A stretch of DNA of 64,000 bases from Ginglymostoma cirratum (taxonomy: Eukaryota). The position numbers and the translations under genes were made by a program. The stretch covers positions 15,203,873-15,267,872 of the forward strand of contig JAHRHZ010000076.1 in the NCBI GenBank assembly GCA_024137785.1, read 5' to 3'. Shown here piece by piece: positions 25,471 to 38,905 of the stretch (position 1 is the stretch's first letter; every line of letters begins with the position of its first letter). Under the pieces are notes generated by a model that saw only the letters and a program-made list of their open reading frames with translations, did no database searches and was not told where the DNA came from.

Positions 25471-26621
25471 AAACAAAATTTGCATCCAGAGAAGTTGGAA
25501 ACGGCAACAGCAGAATCATGAACAAAAACAAAGTTGCTGGTAAAGTTCAGCAGGTCTGGCAGCATTTGTGAAGGAAAAAACAGAGTTAACATTTCGGGTC
25601 CGGTAACCCTTCCTGCTCTTTCCGGACTCTTCCCACTGGAGAAATTTATTGATTCTTATCTACCCTCTCCTCTCCCTTTCTCATTTCAAGTAGCTCAATT
25701 AGATTAGTTCATCTAAATTGAAGACAACGCAAGCCAAGATTATTAAATCTGTCTTCATAACAACAAATTAATTTGTGAATGAATGGGACTTTGCCAGAAT
25801 GTGTGTCTTTTTTTTATGCTGTTGTGGTAGATTATTGCCCGAAGTAATGTCAGGAGCTGTCCAATACAAGTCAACGGTCTTTTATTGAGCCAATATTGGG
25901 TAAGACTACTCCAGGAAGAAATTCCGAGTTAATACTCCAACTCATTGAGGATGTTTATACATTGCTTGTCACGTGGACAGTACTATACTCCAAATCAGAA
26001 ATAGCCTGTTTTCGACAGCAACATTGTTTGTTGCACATTCGAAAAGTGGCATGGCCAACTATGGTCCTAACTGCCGATCTTCCCAGGTGCCATCCCATTT
26101 CCTCTGTGAAGACCGTGCTTCATTCATGTCATTGATTGATCCCGACTGCTTCGTCTTTCCTGGTGTGGTACCGAGTCATTGTCACATTCCATTTCCAACT
26201 CAGGCTTCAGGATTAATGCTGGTTCGGCCACTTTGCATTTTCACAGAAACCGTGCTGCATTTGAGCGCGTTTGTACAGTTTAATTCACTGTTCTTTTAGC
26301 CTGACTAAGAATATATGAAAATGGACCTTAAATCATTTGTGAATTTCTCTAGAATCTTCTTTCTCTCTCTCACCCAAGCCGGAACTCAATTTGGATTTAT
26401 AGGCTAATTCACGTCATACCCAAAAAGGCCCGTCAGAATTCAAAACAAAGGGCACGCCTCAAATACACATCCGCCAACATATACTTCGCCTCATGTTAAA
26501 CTTTGTTTTCAATGCATCCGCCGAGACTAGGTGGGACGATTTCCTACGTTTAACAGCGCTTTATAAATGTAAGTTGGTGTTGTCGGTATGGTAGCTGAGG
26601 GTAGAGAGAGCTGAAGCGCCG

Positions 26622-26660
26622 CGTTTTTGTAAAGGCTTTCTGTCTCTGTTGAACACTGTG
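26622..26660 (-). promoter_or_regulatory. 23-RSS
   Basis: CACAGTG - 23 nt - ACAAAAACG. Confidence 0.95.
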
Positions 26661-27096
26661 CTGTCCCAGTAGGCGCAGTAATATGTGGCAGCGTCTTCCT
26701 TCACGATGTTATTGATTATCAAAGTGGCAACAGTGTTCCTCTTATCTGCTTTAAACCTGCTGCTGAATCCCGGATCCCGTACGACGCTGCTGTCATAATA
26801 AAGTATTCTGGAGGGCGCCCGACCCTCCCGGTGCTGGTACCAATGGACAATGGTGCTCTCGCTGTTTACGGTGCATTTAAACCTGGCACTTTTACCGGGC
26901 TTGGTTACATACGATATTGGTGACTGTGTTATAGACTCAGCCAAACGCCCATCTGGGAAAATAAAATTAACAAAGTTATGTTAAAAACGATAATGAATGA
27001 TGGACTGACAACTAAGTAAACTTAAGTAAAGACAGTTAGATACGTACAGGATAAAAGTAGCGCCACAATCACCCGGAACATGGTGCACCTGAACAT
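26661..27096 (-). CDS. TRGV: TCR gamma V segment, family D copy 1, intact
   Basis: Leader 27081-27048 (MFRVIVALLLS, GT; second in-frame ATG at 27096). V exon 26952-26661: YGRLAESITQSPISYVTKPGKSARFKCTVNSESTIVHWYQHREGRAPSRILYYDSSVVRDPGFSSRFKADKRNTVATLIINNIVKEDAATYYCAYWD. Confidence 0.93.
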
Positions 27097-27599
27097 GGTG
27101 CTCGCTCGGTACTGGGTTACTGCTGCTCAGCGTCATATAAAGGAGGTGAGCTCTCTTCTGCCTCCTTCCTCCAACGGCGGGAATTTCCGCTCACAGCACA
27201 ATTGAACCCGCCCACTTTAATGCCTCTTCATAAAATGTGAGACCGCTTACTCTCCATGTTTGTCATTTGTTTATTTTGCTTTCACAGACACGGGAAGTGT
27301 TAATTCAAAATTCTGTTTCGGATTGTAAATTTTAAAGAAATTGCTCCGAGTTAATGTGCTCGCTAGCACCAGACTGGGAGGTGTTTGCAGGTAGACTCAG
27401 TGAGTGGTGTGGTCGGGGCGACGAGTGAAGCAGACACAACTGTGGCAAAAAGATCAAACTTAACAGTGAATTCGCTCATACTCTCGAAGGGTAGATTCCC
27501 GAAATGTTGACAAAGAAATATATGTTCTGAACTCCTAATCATCTTAACTAAAGTTATTGTTTATGATCCTGCTGTTCCCAGTAGGAAATCTATGGCAAG

Positions 27600-29240
27600 C
27601 CTCCCAACAAAATCTACATTCGGGGTCCAAGTGATTATTCACTGATAGACGTAGTTCATCGGCCACCAAATAATGACATGTCAGTGGGGCGGGCAATACA
27701 CAAAGGAACAACTGATGCATGTAAAAATAATGCGGCAATTATCATAGGGGATTTTAATCTGGATGTTGATTGGTCAAACCAAATCGTTCAAGGCAGCCTT
27801 GAGAGGGAGTTCCTCGATTCTATCTGCCATAGTTTCCTCGAACAATATGTAACAGGACCTACGAGGGAAAAAGCTATCTAGATGTGGTCCTGTATGTTGA
27901 GACAGGAAAAGCTAAGGAACTCATTGGTCGGGATGACAGTGTGGAGTTGGAGGAGCACAGCAGGCCAGGCAGTATCAGAAGTCCAGGAGAGTCGACGATT
28001 TGCGTCGGGATCCTTCTTCAGAAGGGATCGTCCAGCAAGGTGCAATCACTGTTTGGTTGAATTTAAAATACAGATGGAGGGTGAGAAGTAAACTCCATGA
28101 CTAGTGTCTTGTGCTTAAACAAAGGAGACGACAATTGGATCAGGAAGGATGTTACTAAAGTTGACTAGGAACAAAAAGTACATCGTGGGACAACTTAGGA
28201 ACAGTGGAAGACTTCAGAGTGATTTTTCACTGTGCTCAGCAGAAGTATATACCAGTGAAGAGGAAGGGCTGCATGAAAATCGATAATCAGCCGCGTATAA
28301 CTGAGGAAATAAAGGAGTGTATGAAATTAAAAGCTAAAGCATACAAAGTGGAAAAGATTAGTGAGAAATATTTAAAAGTCAACAGAAAGCCACGAATAAA
28401 GCTATAAATAAAGGTAACATAATGAGATTAAATTAGCTCAGAACATAAAAAAGAAAAAGTTTCTACAAATATGAAAAGCAAAAACATTGGCTAGGGTAAG
28501 TATTGATCCTTTAGGGGATGAGAAGGGGGATTTAATAATGGGAAAGGAGGAAATGGCCAAGGCGTAGACCAGGTATTTTGTGTTGGTTTTCACAATGGAA
28601 GGCACAAATAACCTGCCAATAATTGATGACAAGGAGGCAAAGGCGGGTGAAGACCTCGAAAGTGTTGGACGTGCGAATAGGGCTAAAAGTTGACAAGTTT
28701 TCTGCCCAATGAGTTCATGATAATTTATCAAAATTCACTGAACTCTGGAGCAGTTCTGGCAGATTGTAAAACAGCAAATTTGAAACCACTCTTTAAAAAC
28801 GAGGTAACCAAAATATGGGTAACCATTGGTCCATTAATTTAACCTCCAAATTGTGAAAATGCTTGAATACATAATGAAGGAAGAAATAGCAAGACATCTG
28901 GATTGGAACTTTCCCATTGGGCAGACGCAGCATGGGTTCATGGAAGGCAAGTCACATTGAACTAATTTACTGGGAATTCTGTGCGGACATTATGAGCGCG
29001 GTGGACGACGGGGGATGCAGTGAATGTGGTGTATCTGGATTTCCGGAAAGCGTTGAACAAAGTGCCTTACAAAAGGCATCTGCGTAATAAAGAAGTGCAT
29101 AGCATTATGGGTAATGTATTAGCATAGATAGAAGATTGGTTAATTATCAAAACGTGAACAGTGGGGATAAATGGGTGTTTTTTACTGCTTGGCGATCAGT
29201 GGCTAGTGGTGTGATTAATGATGGGACCACAATTGTTTAA
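27600..29240 (+). mobile_element. CR1 ORF2 fragment (endonuclease to RT), degenerate
   Basis: IIGDFNLDVDW endonuclease motif and QHGFM / YLDF RT motifs; paralog at 50680-52350. Confidence 0.8.
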
Positions 29241-29269
29241 CTGGGACGAGGTAACCATAGTAGGCCAAG

Positions 29270-29575
29270 CCAAATGTAGACACGCAGGGAGTTCTGAGAG
29301 ACATGGTCATCCACCCGTAATGCAATCAACAAACAGATAGTAATGGACCCCACATACAAGCACACACAGATCAAAACCCGAAATGACACTACTCACCCTA
29401 AAGAACCAGACAGTAAAAATTCCAAGTAGAGTAGAACAACATCGCTTCATCGGAGTCTCCGCTGGTGATGTCATCTAGCATGGTGACAAAATGTCTGAAC
29501 AAGAACAAGCCAGCTGGGCGAGCAAGTCAACAACCTCATGCACAAGCCCAGCTACAGATCTTTGTCAAAACATTA
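29270..29575 (+). mobile_element. Penelope-like 3' fragment with decayed hammerhead motif
   Basis: NAINK-type GIY-YIG C-terminal remnant; CTGGTGA-T-GTCATC-TAGCAT-GGTGAC-AAAATGTC at ~29462-29495. Confidence 0.5.
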
Positions 29576-30281
29576 AAGGTGCTTTGATTCCTTTATGTTG
29601 CAGATGATCATTTCTTCACTTGTGTGAATTTCTCGCTCAAGCCTGAATGTTATCCAGGTTCTCCGTCATATAGATACAGACAGATTCAATATCTGATGAA
29701 TCATGAATGATTGTGAACATTGCAATCATCAGCAAATACTCTTATTTCTCATCTAATGATGAACCAAAATGATGTAGCACCACCCTGATGGCCTCCCATC
29801 CATCAGGTTCATCAGTTGACAATGGCAGATGACCATCAACCAAAAGTTTTCCACGCACCTTTGAGCTGATTAAGTGAAAATCTGCATTAGAGAAGCAATT
29901 TCTAATGGCTGATGTGATGCAGTGGTAGTACCCTTATCACATCAACTAGGAGTTCCGGTTTCAAGTCCCAACTGCACCAGAGTGGTGTCAAAATGTGTCT
30001 GATCTGGTTTATTTAAAAACATCTATATGAAAATTCATGGGTTTCATAGCTAACATTTAGAACTCCTGCACAGTCCCCCCATCTGTATATCACTGTGCTG
30101 CCTCCCATTTTTGGTACAGGCATACATGTGCAGACAAAGTGATGGTCAAGATTAGGACAGTGTTTTTACGGTATGAACTGCCGTTATATTTATTGAACGG
30201 TCTATGGGTAGAAAACCCCAGGTGTGAGTAAGAGATATTGTATTTGATCTAATGCCAACGGTGATCAATTCTCCTGTTTTA

Positions 30282-33200
30282 GAGCAAAGAAAATTACAGT
30301 ACAGGAACAGTCCCTTCGGCCCTCCAAGCCTGCACCGATATACTGCCCGTCACAACTAAAACCCCCTACCCTGCAGGGGACCATATCCCTCTCTTCCCAT
30401 CCTATTCATGTATTTGTCAAGATGCCCTTTAAAAATCGCTATAGCATCTGCTTCCACTGCCTCCCCCGGCAGTGTATTCCAGGCACCCACCACCCTCTGT
30501 GTAAAAAACTTGCCTCCTAAATCAAACCTTTAAACCTTACTCCTCGCACCTTAAACTCATGGCCCCTGGTAAATGATTCTTCCATCCTGGGAAAATGTTT
30601 CTGACTGTCCACTCTGTCCATGCCATTCATAATCTGGTAGACCTATATCAGGTTGCCCCTCAACCTCCGTCGTTCCAGTGAGAACAACCCAAGTTTCTCC
30701 AACCTCTCCTAATAGCTAATGCCCTCCACACCACACATCATCCTGGTATATCTTTTCTGTACCATCTCCAAAGACACCACATTCTTCTGGTAGTGTGGCA
30801 ACCAGAATTGAACACAATGTTCTAAATGTAGCCTAACTAAGGTTCTATGAAGCTGCAACATTACTTGCCAATTTTTAAACTCAATGCCGATTGAAGGCAA
30901 GCATGCCATATGCCTTGTTGACTACCTTCTCCATCTGCATTAAGGGATAACAAGCATGAGGCTGGATGAACACAGCAGGTCAAGCAGCATCATAGGAGCA
31001 GGAAANNNNNNNNNNNNNNNNNNNNNNNNNNNNNNNNNNNNNNNNNNNNNNNNNNNNNNNNNNNNNNNNNNNNNNNNNNNNNNNNNNNNNNNNNNNNNNN
31101 NNNNNNNNNNNNNNNNNNNNNNNNNNNNNNNNNNNNNNNNNNNNNNNNNNNNNNNNNNNNNNNNNNNNNNNNNNNNNNNNNNNNNNNNNNNNNNNNNNNN
31201 NNNNNNNNNNNNNNNNNNNNNNNNNNNNNNNNNNNNNNNNNNNNNNNNNNNNNNNNNNNNNNNNNNNNNNNNNNNNNNNNNNNNNNNNNNNNNNNNNNNN
31301 NNNNNNNNNNNNNNNNNNNNNNNNNNNNNNNNNNNNNNNNNNNNNNNNNNNNNNNNNNNNNNNNNNNNNNNNNNNNNNNNNNNNNNNNNNNNNNNNNNNN
31401 NNNNNGTCAAGTTTTCCTGCTCCTATGATGCTGCTTGACCTGCTGTGTTCATCCAGCCCAATGCGTGTTATCTCGGATTCTCCAGCACCTGCAGTACTTT
31501 TTACCCCTTCTCCATCTGCATTGCCACTTTTTGCGACCTGTGTACCTGTACACCTAGATCCCTCTGCCTGTCAGTGCTCTTAAGGGTTCTGCCTTTTACT
31601 CTATATTTTCCATCTGAATTAGACCTTCCAAAATGCATTACCTCACATTTTTCTAGATTAAACACCATCTGCCATCTCTCTGCCCAAGTCACATGCCAAT
31701 CTATATCTGGTAGTGTCCTTTAATGGCCCTCATCACTATCCGCAATTCCACCAACCTTTGTCATCGGCAAACTTACTAATCAGACCAGTTACTTTGTCCT
31801 CCAAATCATTTATATATATTACACATAGCAAAGGTACCAATACTGATCCCTGAGGAACGCCACCAGTCACAACCCTCTATTCAGAAACATATCGTTCCAC
31901 TGCTACCCTCTGTCTTCTATGACTGAGCCAGTTGTTTTTAATCCATCTTGCAAACTCACCTCTGACCCCACGTGACTTTACTTTCTGTATCAGCCTGCCA
32001 TGAGGGACTTTGTCAAAGGTTTTACTGAAGTCCATGTAGACAACATCTACTGTCCTACCCTCATCGATCATCTTCATCACTTCCTCAAAAATCTCAACCA
32101 AGTTAGTGAGACACGAACTCGCCTTCACAAAATCCTGTTGCTCCTCACTAAAACACCCACTGATTTCCAGATTGGAGAAAATCCTGTCTCAAAGAATCCT
32201 TTCCAATAATTTCCATACCACTGACGTAAGGCTCACTGGCCTGTAAGTAGCTGGATTATCCTTGCCATTTTTCTTAAACATAGGAACAATATTGGCTATT
32301 CTCCAATCCTCTGGGACCTCCCCTGTAGCCAGTGAAGATGCAAAGATTTTTCTCAATGCCCCAGCAATTTCCTCCCTTGCCTCTCTCAGTATTGTGGGGT
32401 ATACCCCATCAGGCCCTGGGGACTTGCGTACCTTAATGTTTTTCAAGACCCCCCAATACCCTTTCCCTTTTGATCTCAACATGACCCAAACTATTTACAC
32501 ACCCTTCCCCAGACCTTCATCCACCAAGTCCTACTCTATGGTGAATACTGATGCAAAGTACTCATTTAATACCCTGCACATTTCCACTGGCTCCACACAT
32601 AAATTCCCTTCCCTGTCCTTGAGTTGGCCAACCTTCTTCCTGGCTGCCTGCTTGCTCTTTATGTACGTATAAAAAGTCTTGGGATTTTCCTTAATGCTGT
32701 TTGCAATGACTTTTCATGACCCCTTTTAGCCCTCCTGACTCCTTGCTTAAATTTCTTTTGACTTTCCTTGCATTCCACCTTTGCTTCAAGTGTTCCCTGC
32801 CTCCTAGACTTGATAAACGCTTCCTTTTTCTTTTTGATTAGGCTCACAACATCTCTCGTTATCCAAGGTTCCCTAAACTTTCCATACTTATCCTTCATCT
32901 TTAAAGGAACGTGCCGGTCCTGAGTTCCCAGCAACTTACATTTGAAAGCTTCCCACAAACCATATGTCGATTTGCCCTTAAACATCTGCCTCCAATCTAC
33001 ATTCTTGTTCCTGCCTAATATTTTTGTAATTAGACTTCCCCCAAATTAGCACTTTCACCTGACAACTACACATATCTTTTTCCATCAGTACCTTAAAGCT
33101 TACTAAATTGGGATCACTGTTCCCGAGCTGCTCCCTGCTGAGATGTCGGCCACCTGGCCAGACTCATTCTTCAGTATTAGGTCCAGTGTGGTGCTTTCCA

Positions 33201-34756
33201 AGTTGTACTATCTACATTTTGTTTCAAGAAGCCCTCCTGGTTGCTCCTTACAAACTCTGCCCCATCCGAGGCCCAAGCACTAAGTGAGTCCCAGGGAAGT
33301 TAAAAGGGAACAGTTAAAAGGGACTTCAGTTAAGGGAAGTTAAAATCAACCACAACAACCCTATTACTTTTACATCTTGCCAAAATCAACTTACTTATCT
33401 CTTCTTCTATCTCCCGCTGGCTGTTGGGATGCCTATAGTAAACCCCAAACATTGTGATTGCACCCTTCCTGTTCCTGAGCTCTACCCATATTGCCTTGCG
33501 GTATGAGCCATCCAAGGTGTCCTCCCACGGTACAGCTGTGATATAACTCCTTAACAAGTAGTGTAACTCCCTCACCCCTTTTATTTCCCACCTGAAACAT
33601 CTGTATCCTGGAACGTTAAGCTGCCAATCCTGTCCTTCCCTTAACCCAATCTCTGTAGCAGCAACAATATCATAGTTCCAAGTACTAATCCAAGCTCTAA
33701 GTTCATCTGCCTTACCCGTTACACTTCTTGCATTGAAACAGATGCGCTTCAGTCCACCAGATCTGTTTTGAACAGCAACCACACCCTGCCTGCTCTTCCT
33801 CTGAGTCTTACTGGCCCTATTCTCAATTTCCCTTTCAGTACCTTCACTTTGCATTAGTTCCCACCGCCCCTGCCAAGCTAGTTTAAATCCTCCCAAGTGA
33901 CACCCGCAAACCTCCAAGCCAGAATATTTGTGCCCCTCCAGTTTAGATACAACCTGCCCTTCTTGTACAGGTCCCACCTGCCCTGCAAAAGATCACAATG
34001 GCCCAAATATCTGAAACCCTCCCTCCTACACCATCTGTTTCGCCACGTGTTGAGTTGTACAATCCTCCTATTTCTATCTTCACTGGCACATGGCACAAGG
34101 AATAATCACGAGATTACAACCTTGGAGGTCCTGCTGTTTAACTTTCTACCTATCTGTCTGAATTGCTGCTGCAGGACCTCATAACTTATCCTACCTATGC
34201 CGTGAGTACCAATATGTACCACAACCTCTGGCTGTTCACCCTCTTACTTCAGAATGCTTTCTGCCTGTTCAGAGGCACTAGGGAGGTAACACACCATCCT
34301 GGAGTCTCCTTTACATCCACAGAAGCACCTATCTGTACCCCTAACTATAGAGATCCCTATAACTACTGCTCTAGTGCTCTTTATCCTTCCTTTCTTAAGA
34401 ACTGAGCCAGCCGTGGTACCACCAGTCTGGCCGTTGCTGCTGTTATCCCCTGATAGATCATACCCCAAGTCTCGAAAATGGCACACTTGTTAGAGAGGGG
34501 GACCACCACAGGGGATCCCTGCACTCGCTGCCTGCCCCATCTAGCGGCCACCCATCTGTCTGCCTGCACCTTGGATATCACTACACCTCTAAAAGTACTG
34601 TCTATGACACTTTCCGCCATCTCCATTCTCCTAACTGCATCAGTTGACAATAGCCCCTCTGCAAACCACCTTCTGAAAGCAGTGAGTGCACTCATGCAGA
34701 ACTTCCCCACGTCAGCCAATCAGCGTCACCACTTTGCTGCCCTCTTCAAGGTGAAA
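30282..34756 (-). mobile_element. Near full-length CR1 LINE (ORF1 esterase-like region, APE endonuclease, RT), frameshifted
   Basis: WCRREGFRYLGH..LYKKGRLYLNWRGTNIL (SGNH-like ORF1), ICFNARSV..ELRAW and VVDFNFP (APE), KSPGPDG, YRPVSLTS and YMDFSKTFDKVPH (RT), HCVQFW. Empty site in the paralog at ~61518-61540. Confidence 0.9.
31006..31405. other. Assembly gap (400 N)
   Basis: Run of N flanked by inverted repeats. Confidence 0.99.
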
Positions 34757-35512
34757 CTTAACTGACTTTTCTGCAGCAGATCATAGACTCCATTGGTTGG
34801 TTCATGCTGAGCAGGAAACAAACATACTGCCATGTGATAGGTTTCGCCCAAGGATGGCAGATTTCAATAACCACTGGTTACTTGTAAACTCCGCTGGTGT
34901 TCAGTACAATCCAGTAATTTCATTGTATTGCTGAGTCTTAACTTTTAAAAATCTAACCCCTCAACAACCGTAGTCGTATGTGAGTTTGTATCCAGAGCCT
35001 TAGTCCAGGGCTCCAAATTGCTAAACTTGTAACAGTATCCCCACAGTATTCCGTGCGGTTTGCGGATGCGGATCCACAGTTGGTATATGGAATTAGATCA
35101 CAGACCCGCCATTAATTCGCTGTGTGTGGGAACAGACTCGAAGACGCTTTTCCATTTATTTTGGATGTGACTGCACTATATATTGGTTGTGGTATGTTGA
35201 TTTCGGTGATATATTCATTGATGATCATTTGACAACAGGAGGCTTTAAACCCCTTTGTTGGGTTTTCACAAACATGATAAATGAACAGAGACATTTGTTT
35301 AAATAGTAAATGGATTGTTATGTCCATTTATAGAACAGTTAGATCGTCATAATTTATTCTCCCAAGTTTGACAAGACAAAGCAAAGAGCATTGTGAAAAC
35401 AACGAACTGTCTGTGCAGCCCAGTGCGGAGTTCAAAGCTGGTGGAACTCTCCAAACGCTACACCTGCCATTTGTGTCATCACAGTTTGCAAACAGTCAGC
35501 AGGACGGCGATT

Positions 35513-36002
35513 GCTTTGTGCGCGGTTTTTCCATGACTTTCAGTCATGGTAAGCCCAGAAAGCACAGGAAAAATCCCCAGAGTCATCCTCCTTGATATTC
35601 CTCATGAGCAAGTTGCAGGTTTTGGCCCCCGATTTTTTCTTTTAGCAAGTGGTACTTCGTCGGTGACATCTTGCTGAGTCTCAGATGGATTCTTGAAATA
35701 TCGTATGCACTGAAGACCTTGACCCGGGATCTGTCGGCACCAGTGGGTAATCGCATTGTCGAAGTCGCTCTCTTCATACTTACAGTCCAACCAAACTGCG
35801 ATCCCCGGAGCTCTGGTCATTGATACTGGAGGCTGAGTGACGTTTGAGCAACAGATTTTTCTGCCGGTGGAAAAAAAATGTAAATCAGGTTATTTATGAA
35901 TTCAGCGACCACAGAATGTTAAACAATGGAAATAATCAGTTGGAACCTGCTGTACCGAACGAGGAGAGCGGCTAGTAAAATCGCAAGGACATGGCCCTTC
36001 AT
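35513..36002 (-). pseudogene. TRGV: V pseudogene, family A copy 2
   Basis: Leader MKGHVLAILLAALL from 36002 with the donor changed GT to TT. V exon 35860-35552 has frameshifts in FR1 and FR3, WY changed to WC, and YYC changed to FSC. RSS TACCATG-23-GCACAAAGC (35551-35513) has a dead heptamer. Confidence 0.9.
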
Positions 36003-38509
36003 GTTGATGTGGTCAAATGGAACTGATTCGGATTTGCTAAAAGCCTTCAAGGGGCCAATGCATTACCGGAAAAGACGTCAATCGGTTTTACCCAATGCCG
36101 AGCCTTCCTGTGGCCTCAAGGATAACCTTCTATTGAAAGGGTGGGTGTTTTCATCTTGTTATTGACAATTTCACTAAAATCCGTCAGTCACCCCGACCAT
36201 GTTGCCCTCTCCTCCATTGCAAGTGATGATCACTCGCTGTGCAAGTTACTTTCTACTTTTGCCCGAGACTTTCGCTCTTATAAGTTTTCTAGCGTTTCCA
36301 AGCCCCATTCCAGCAATTTAATTGAAAATAGCATTACAGATTTACGTTTTTTGTATGTTCTCATCAACTTGTTCAGAGCTGTTGTCATTCACCTCTGGAG
36401 TCGATGGGACCTGAACCCCAACCTCTGAGTACAGATATAGGGGCACTACTCCTACACCACAAGAACCCTCATATCTACCTTTCCTATTCTAGTAACAATT
36501 TTGGACAGGTGGAGAAGATTTCTCTGTCCCACTACAAACCCTGCCTGAACCTAGAACCGAAAATACCCTCAATTTTTGTACGTAGCTCAAACAGTTAACA
36601 GCTGAAAGCAATCTTATGACACATCTGTCACTGACTCCAGTATACCTTGTCTGGGTGACCTGAGATGGTAACATTACTCGATATAGTCTGACCGGAGTCT
36701 CTTAGAGCTTGTCCATAAACTCCTTTGACCCGATATCATTCTTTTGATTGTTCAGATCGAACAGTTTATTGCCAATGCTACTTGCTGCATTTGGAGGTTG
36801 GGAATTAAATCTACTAGGATTCCTTCTTCAACATCATCCTTGGCTTTTCAAACTAATTCATATGATGAAAGTACAGCCGATTCTTTCGACCAGATGTGCA
36901 GCTCTTTCTGTCGTTATCTCTCTCATTCTCAGGCTCCTAACTTTTTCTTTCCTCTATCCTTATCCCCTACATTTATTATTGATATGATTCAAGGTTACAA
37001 CGGGCATTCAGGAAAGCACACCATTGATTTAGAGAGGTTTTAAAGATGGTATGTAGCGAGGAATCAGCGAGATACGTGGGCTGTCACTTAGCAGCCACAT
37101 GTACAGGAATGTGCAGTTGTATCTATATGGAAATGTCAGCCATACCACCTGTATGCTGTGAAAGAAACATTGATTTTTATCTGCTGTATCACTGCAATTA
37201 TGGTAAAGGGCAACTCTGGACTACCACACTTGACCGGATGCACGGCTGGGTTTTCAAGATGGTGTTGCAGCCAGGGATGGTGTTATATGCTGAGATATCC
37301 CAGCAAGTGGGAGAGTCGGCCTACCATTGAATGACACAGATGCTATAGAGATGTGGTAGATAGTTAATAAGGGAAAATAAAAACCAAAAGAGCTGCGGAT
37401 GCTGTAAATCAAGAACAAAAACAAAGTTGCTGGAAAAGCTCAGCAGGTCTGGCAGCGTCTGCATTCTGAGGAAGGGTCACCGGACCAGAAACGTTAACGC
37501 TGTTTTCTCCTTCACAGCTAATAAGGGAAGTTTGGGATAACACTAAATATAGTAAGCTGAATGGAATCAACCAAAATTCTGCTTGCGGAGCTAAACGTGG
37601 ATAAAGCTGAGGTTATTCATCTTGGTCAGAAGAATAAAAAGGCAACTTATTATCTAAATAGAGAGAAACATCAAAATTCGTCAGTGGACTGGGATCTGAA
37701 TGTCCGAGAGCACTTGTAATAAGGAAGACAAGTAATGTTTAGCATTTATTGTTAAAACAATGGAATATTGTCGTTGCAGTTCTACAAAGCCATTGGTGAG
37801 ATTGTATCCACACAGATTTGATACCCTTACTTCAGGAATGATATAATTGCGTTGGAGACAATTCAGAGAAGGTTCACAAGACTAATTCCAGAATTGAAAC
37901 GTTTCTTTTATGAGGACAGATGGAGCAGTTGAGATCTATCTTCTCTAGACTTTAGAAGGACGGGTTTGGGGGATGGGGGTGGAGGTTGCGGTTTAATTAA
38001 ATCACGGTTTTAGATTAGTGGGTGGCAGGTTTCAAACAGAAATGCAGAGGAGATAGTAAGAACTGCGGATGCTGGCGTCAGACATAACACAGTGTGGAGC
38101 TGGAAGAGGACGAATTGCTTTTCTCAAAGGCTGTTGGGAATCACTACCCCAGAGTGCTTGGACGCCAGGACACTAAATAAATTTCTAAGTCGGAGACGTA
38201 GATATTGAATTAGCAATGCGTTAAAGGGTTATGAGGATCGGACAGGAAAGTGGATTTGAGGACGAGATGAGATCAGTCATGATCGTATTAAATGGCGGAG
38301 TAGGCTCAAGAGGCTGGATTGTCTACTTTAGGTCCTGGTTATTCTGTTGTCTTGTTCAAGTGCATAACATGTTTGTCGCTGATTTCCAAATGACCGACGC
38401 AAAAAACTGAACATCACAGCAGACACTCAGTAGCCACAGACTCCATGTAACCCCACCCGCAGCGAGGTTGAGTGAACAGCCTGTATAAAGTGAAATGCAA
38501 ATGAAAATG

Positions 38510-38905
38510 AGTCATAGAATCATACAACACAGAAACAGACCCTTCGGCCTAACCAGTCCATTCCGAACATAATACTAGACTAAAACTAGTCCCACTTGCC
38601 TGCACTTGGCCCATATCCCTCTAAACCTTTCTTAATCATGTACTTATCTAAATGTCTGTTAAACATTGTAACTGCACCCGCATTCACCACTTCCTCTGGA
38701 AGTTCATTCCACACACGAACCACACTCTCTGTTTGAAAACAATGCCTCTCATGTCTTTCATGAATCTTTTCCCTGTCACCTCTAGTCTTCTCGTCCTTCT
38801 AGTCTTGAAATCCCCCTCCCTAGGGAAAAGAGGCATACCAGTCACTTTATCTGTACGCCCTGATGATTTTAAAAATCTGTGTAAGGTCACCCCTCAACTT
38901 CCTAT
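38510..38905 (-). mobile_element. CR1 3' end private to unit 2
   Basis: CR1 3' UTR; absent at the paralogous position ~19470-19510. Confidence 0.75.

Larger units (their letters stand above)
15340..29220. repeat. Tandem segmental duplication, unit 1 (V families A-B-C-D)
   Basis: Collinear with ~34990-52220: same V order and shared old repeat insertions (e.g. CR1 3' end inside a DeuSINE at 21485 and 41155). Left part also matches ~61760-64000. Confidence 0.88.

Noticed and set aside
30940-31438. ORFs across poly-N
   Set aside because: Artefacts of the assembly gap.
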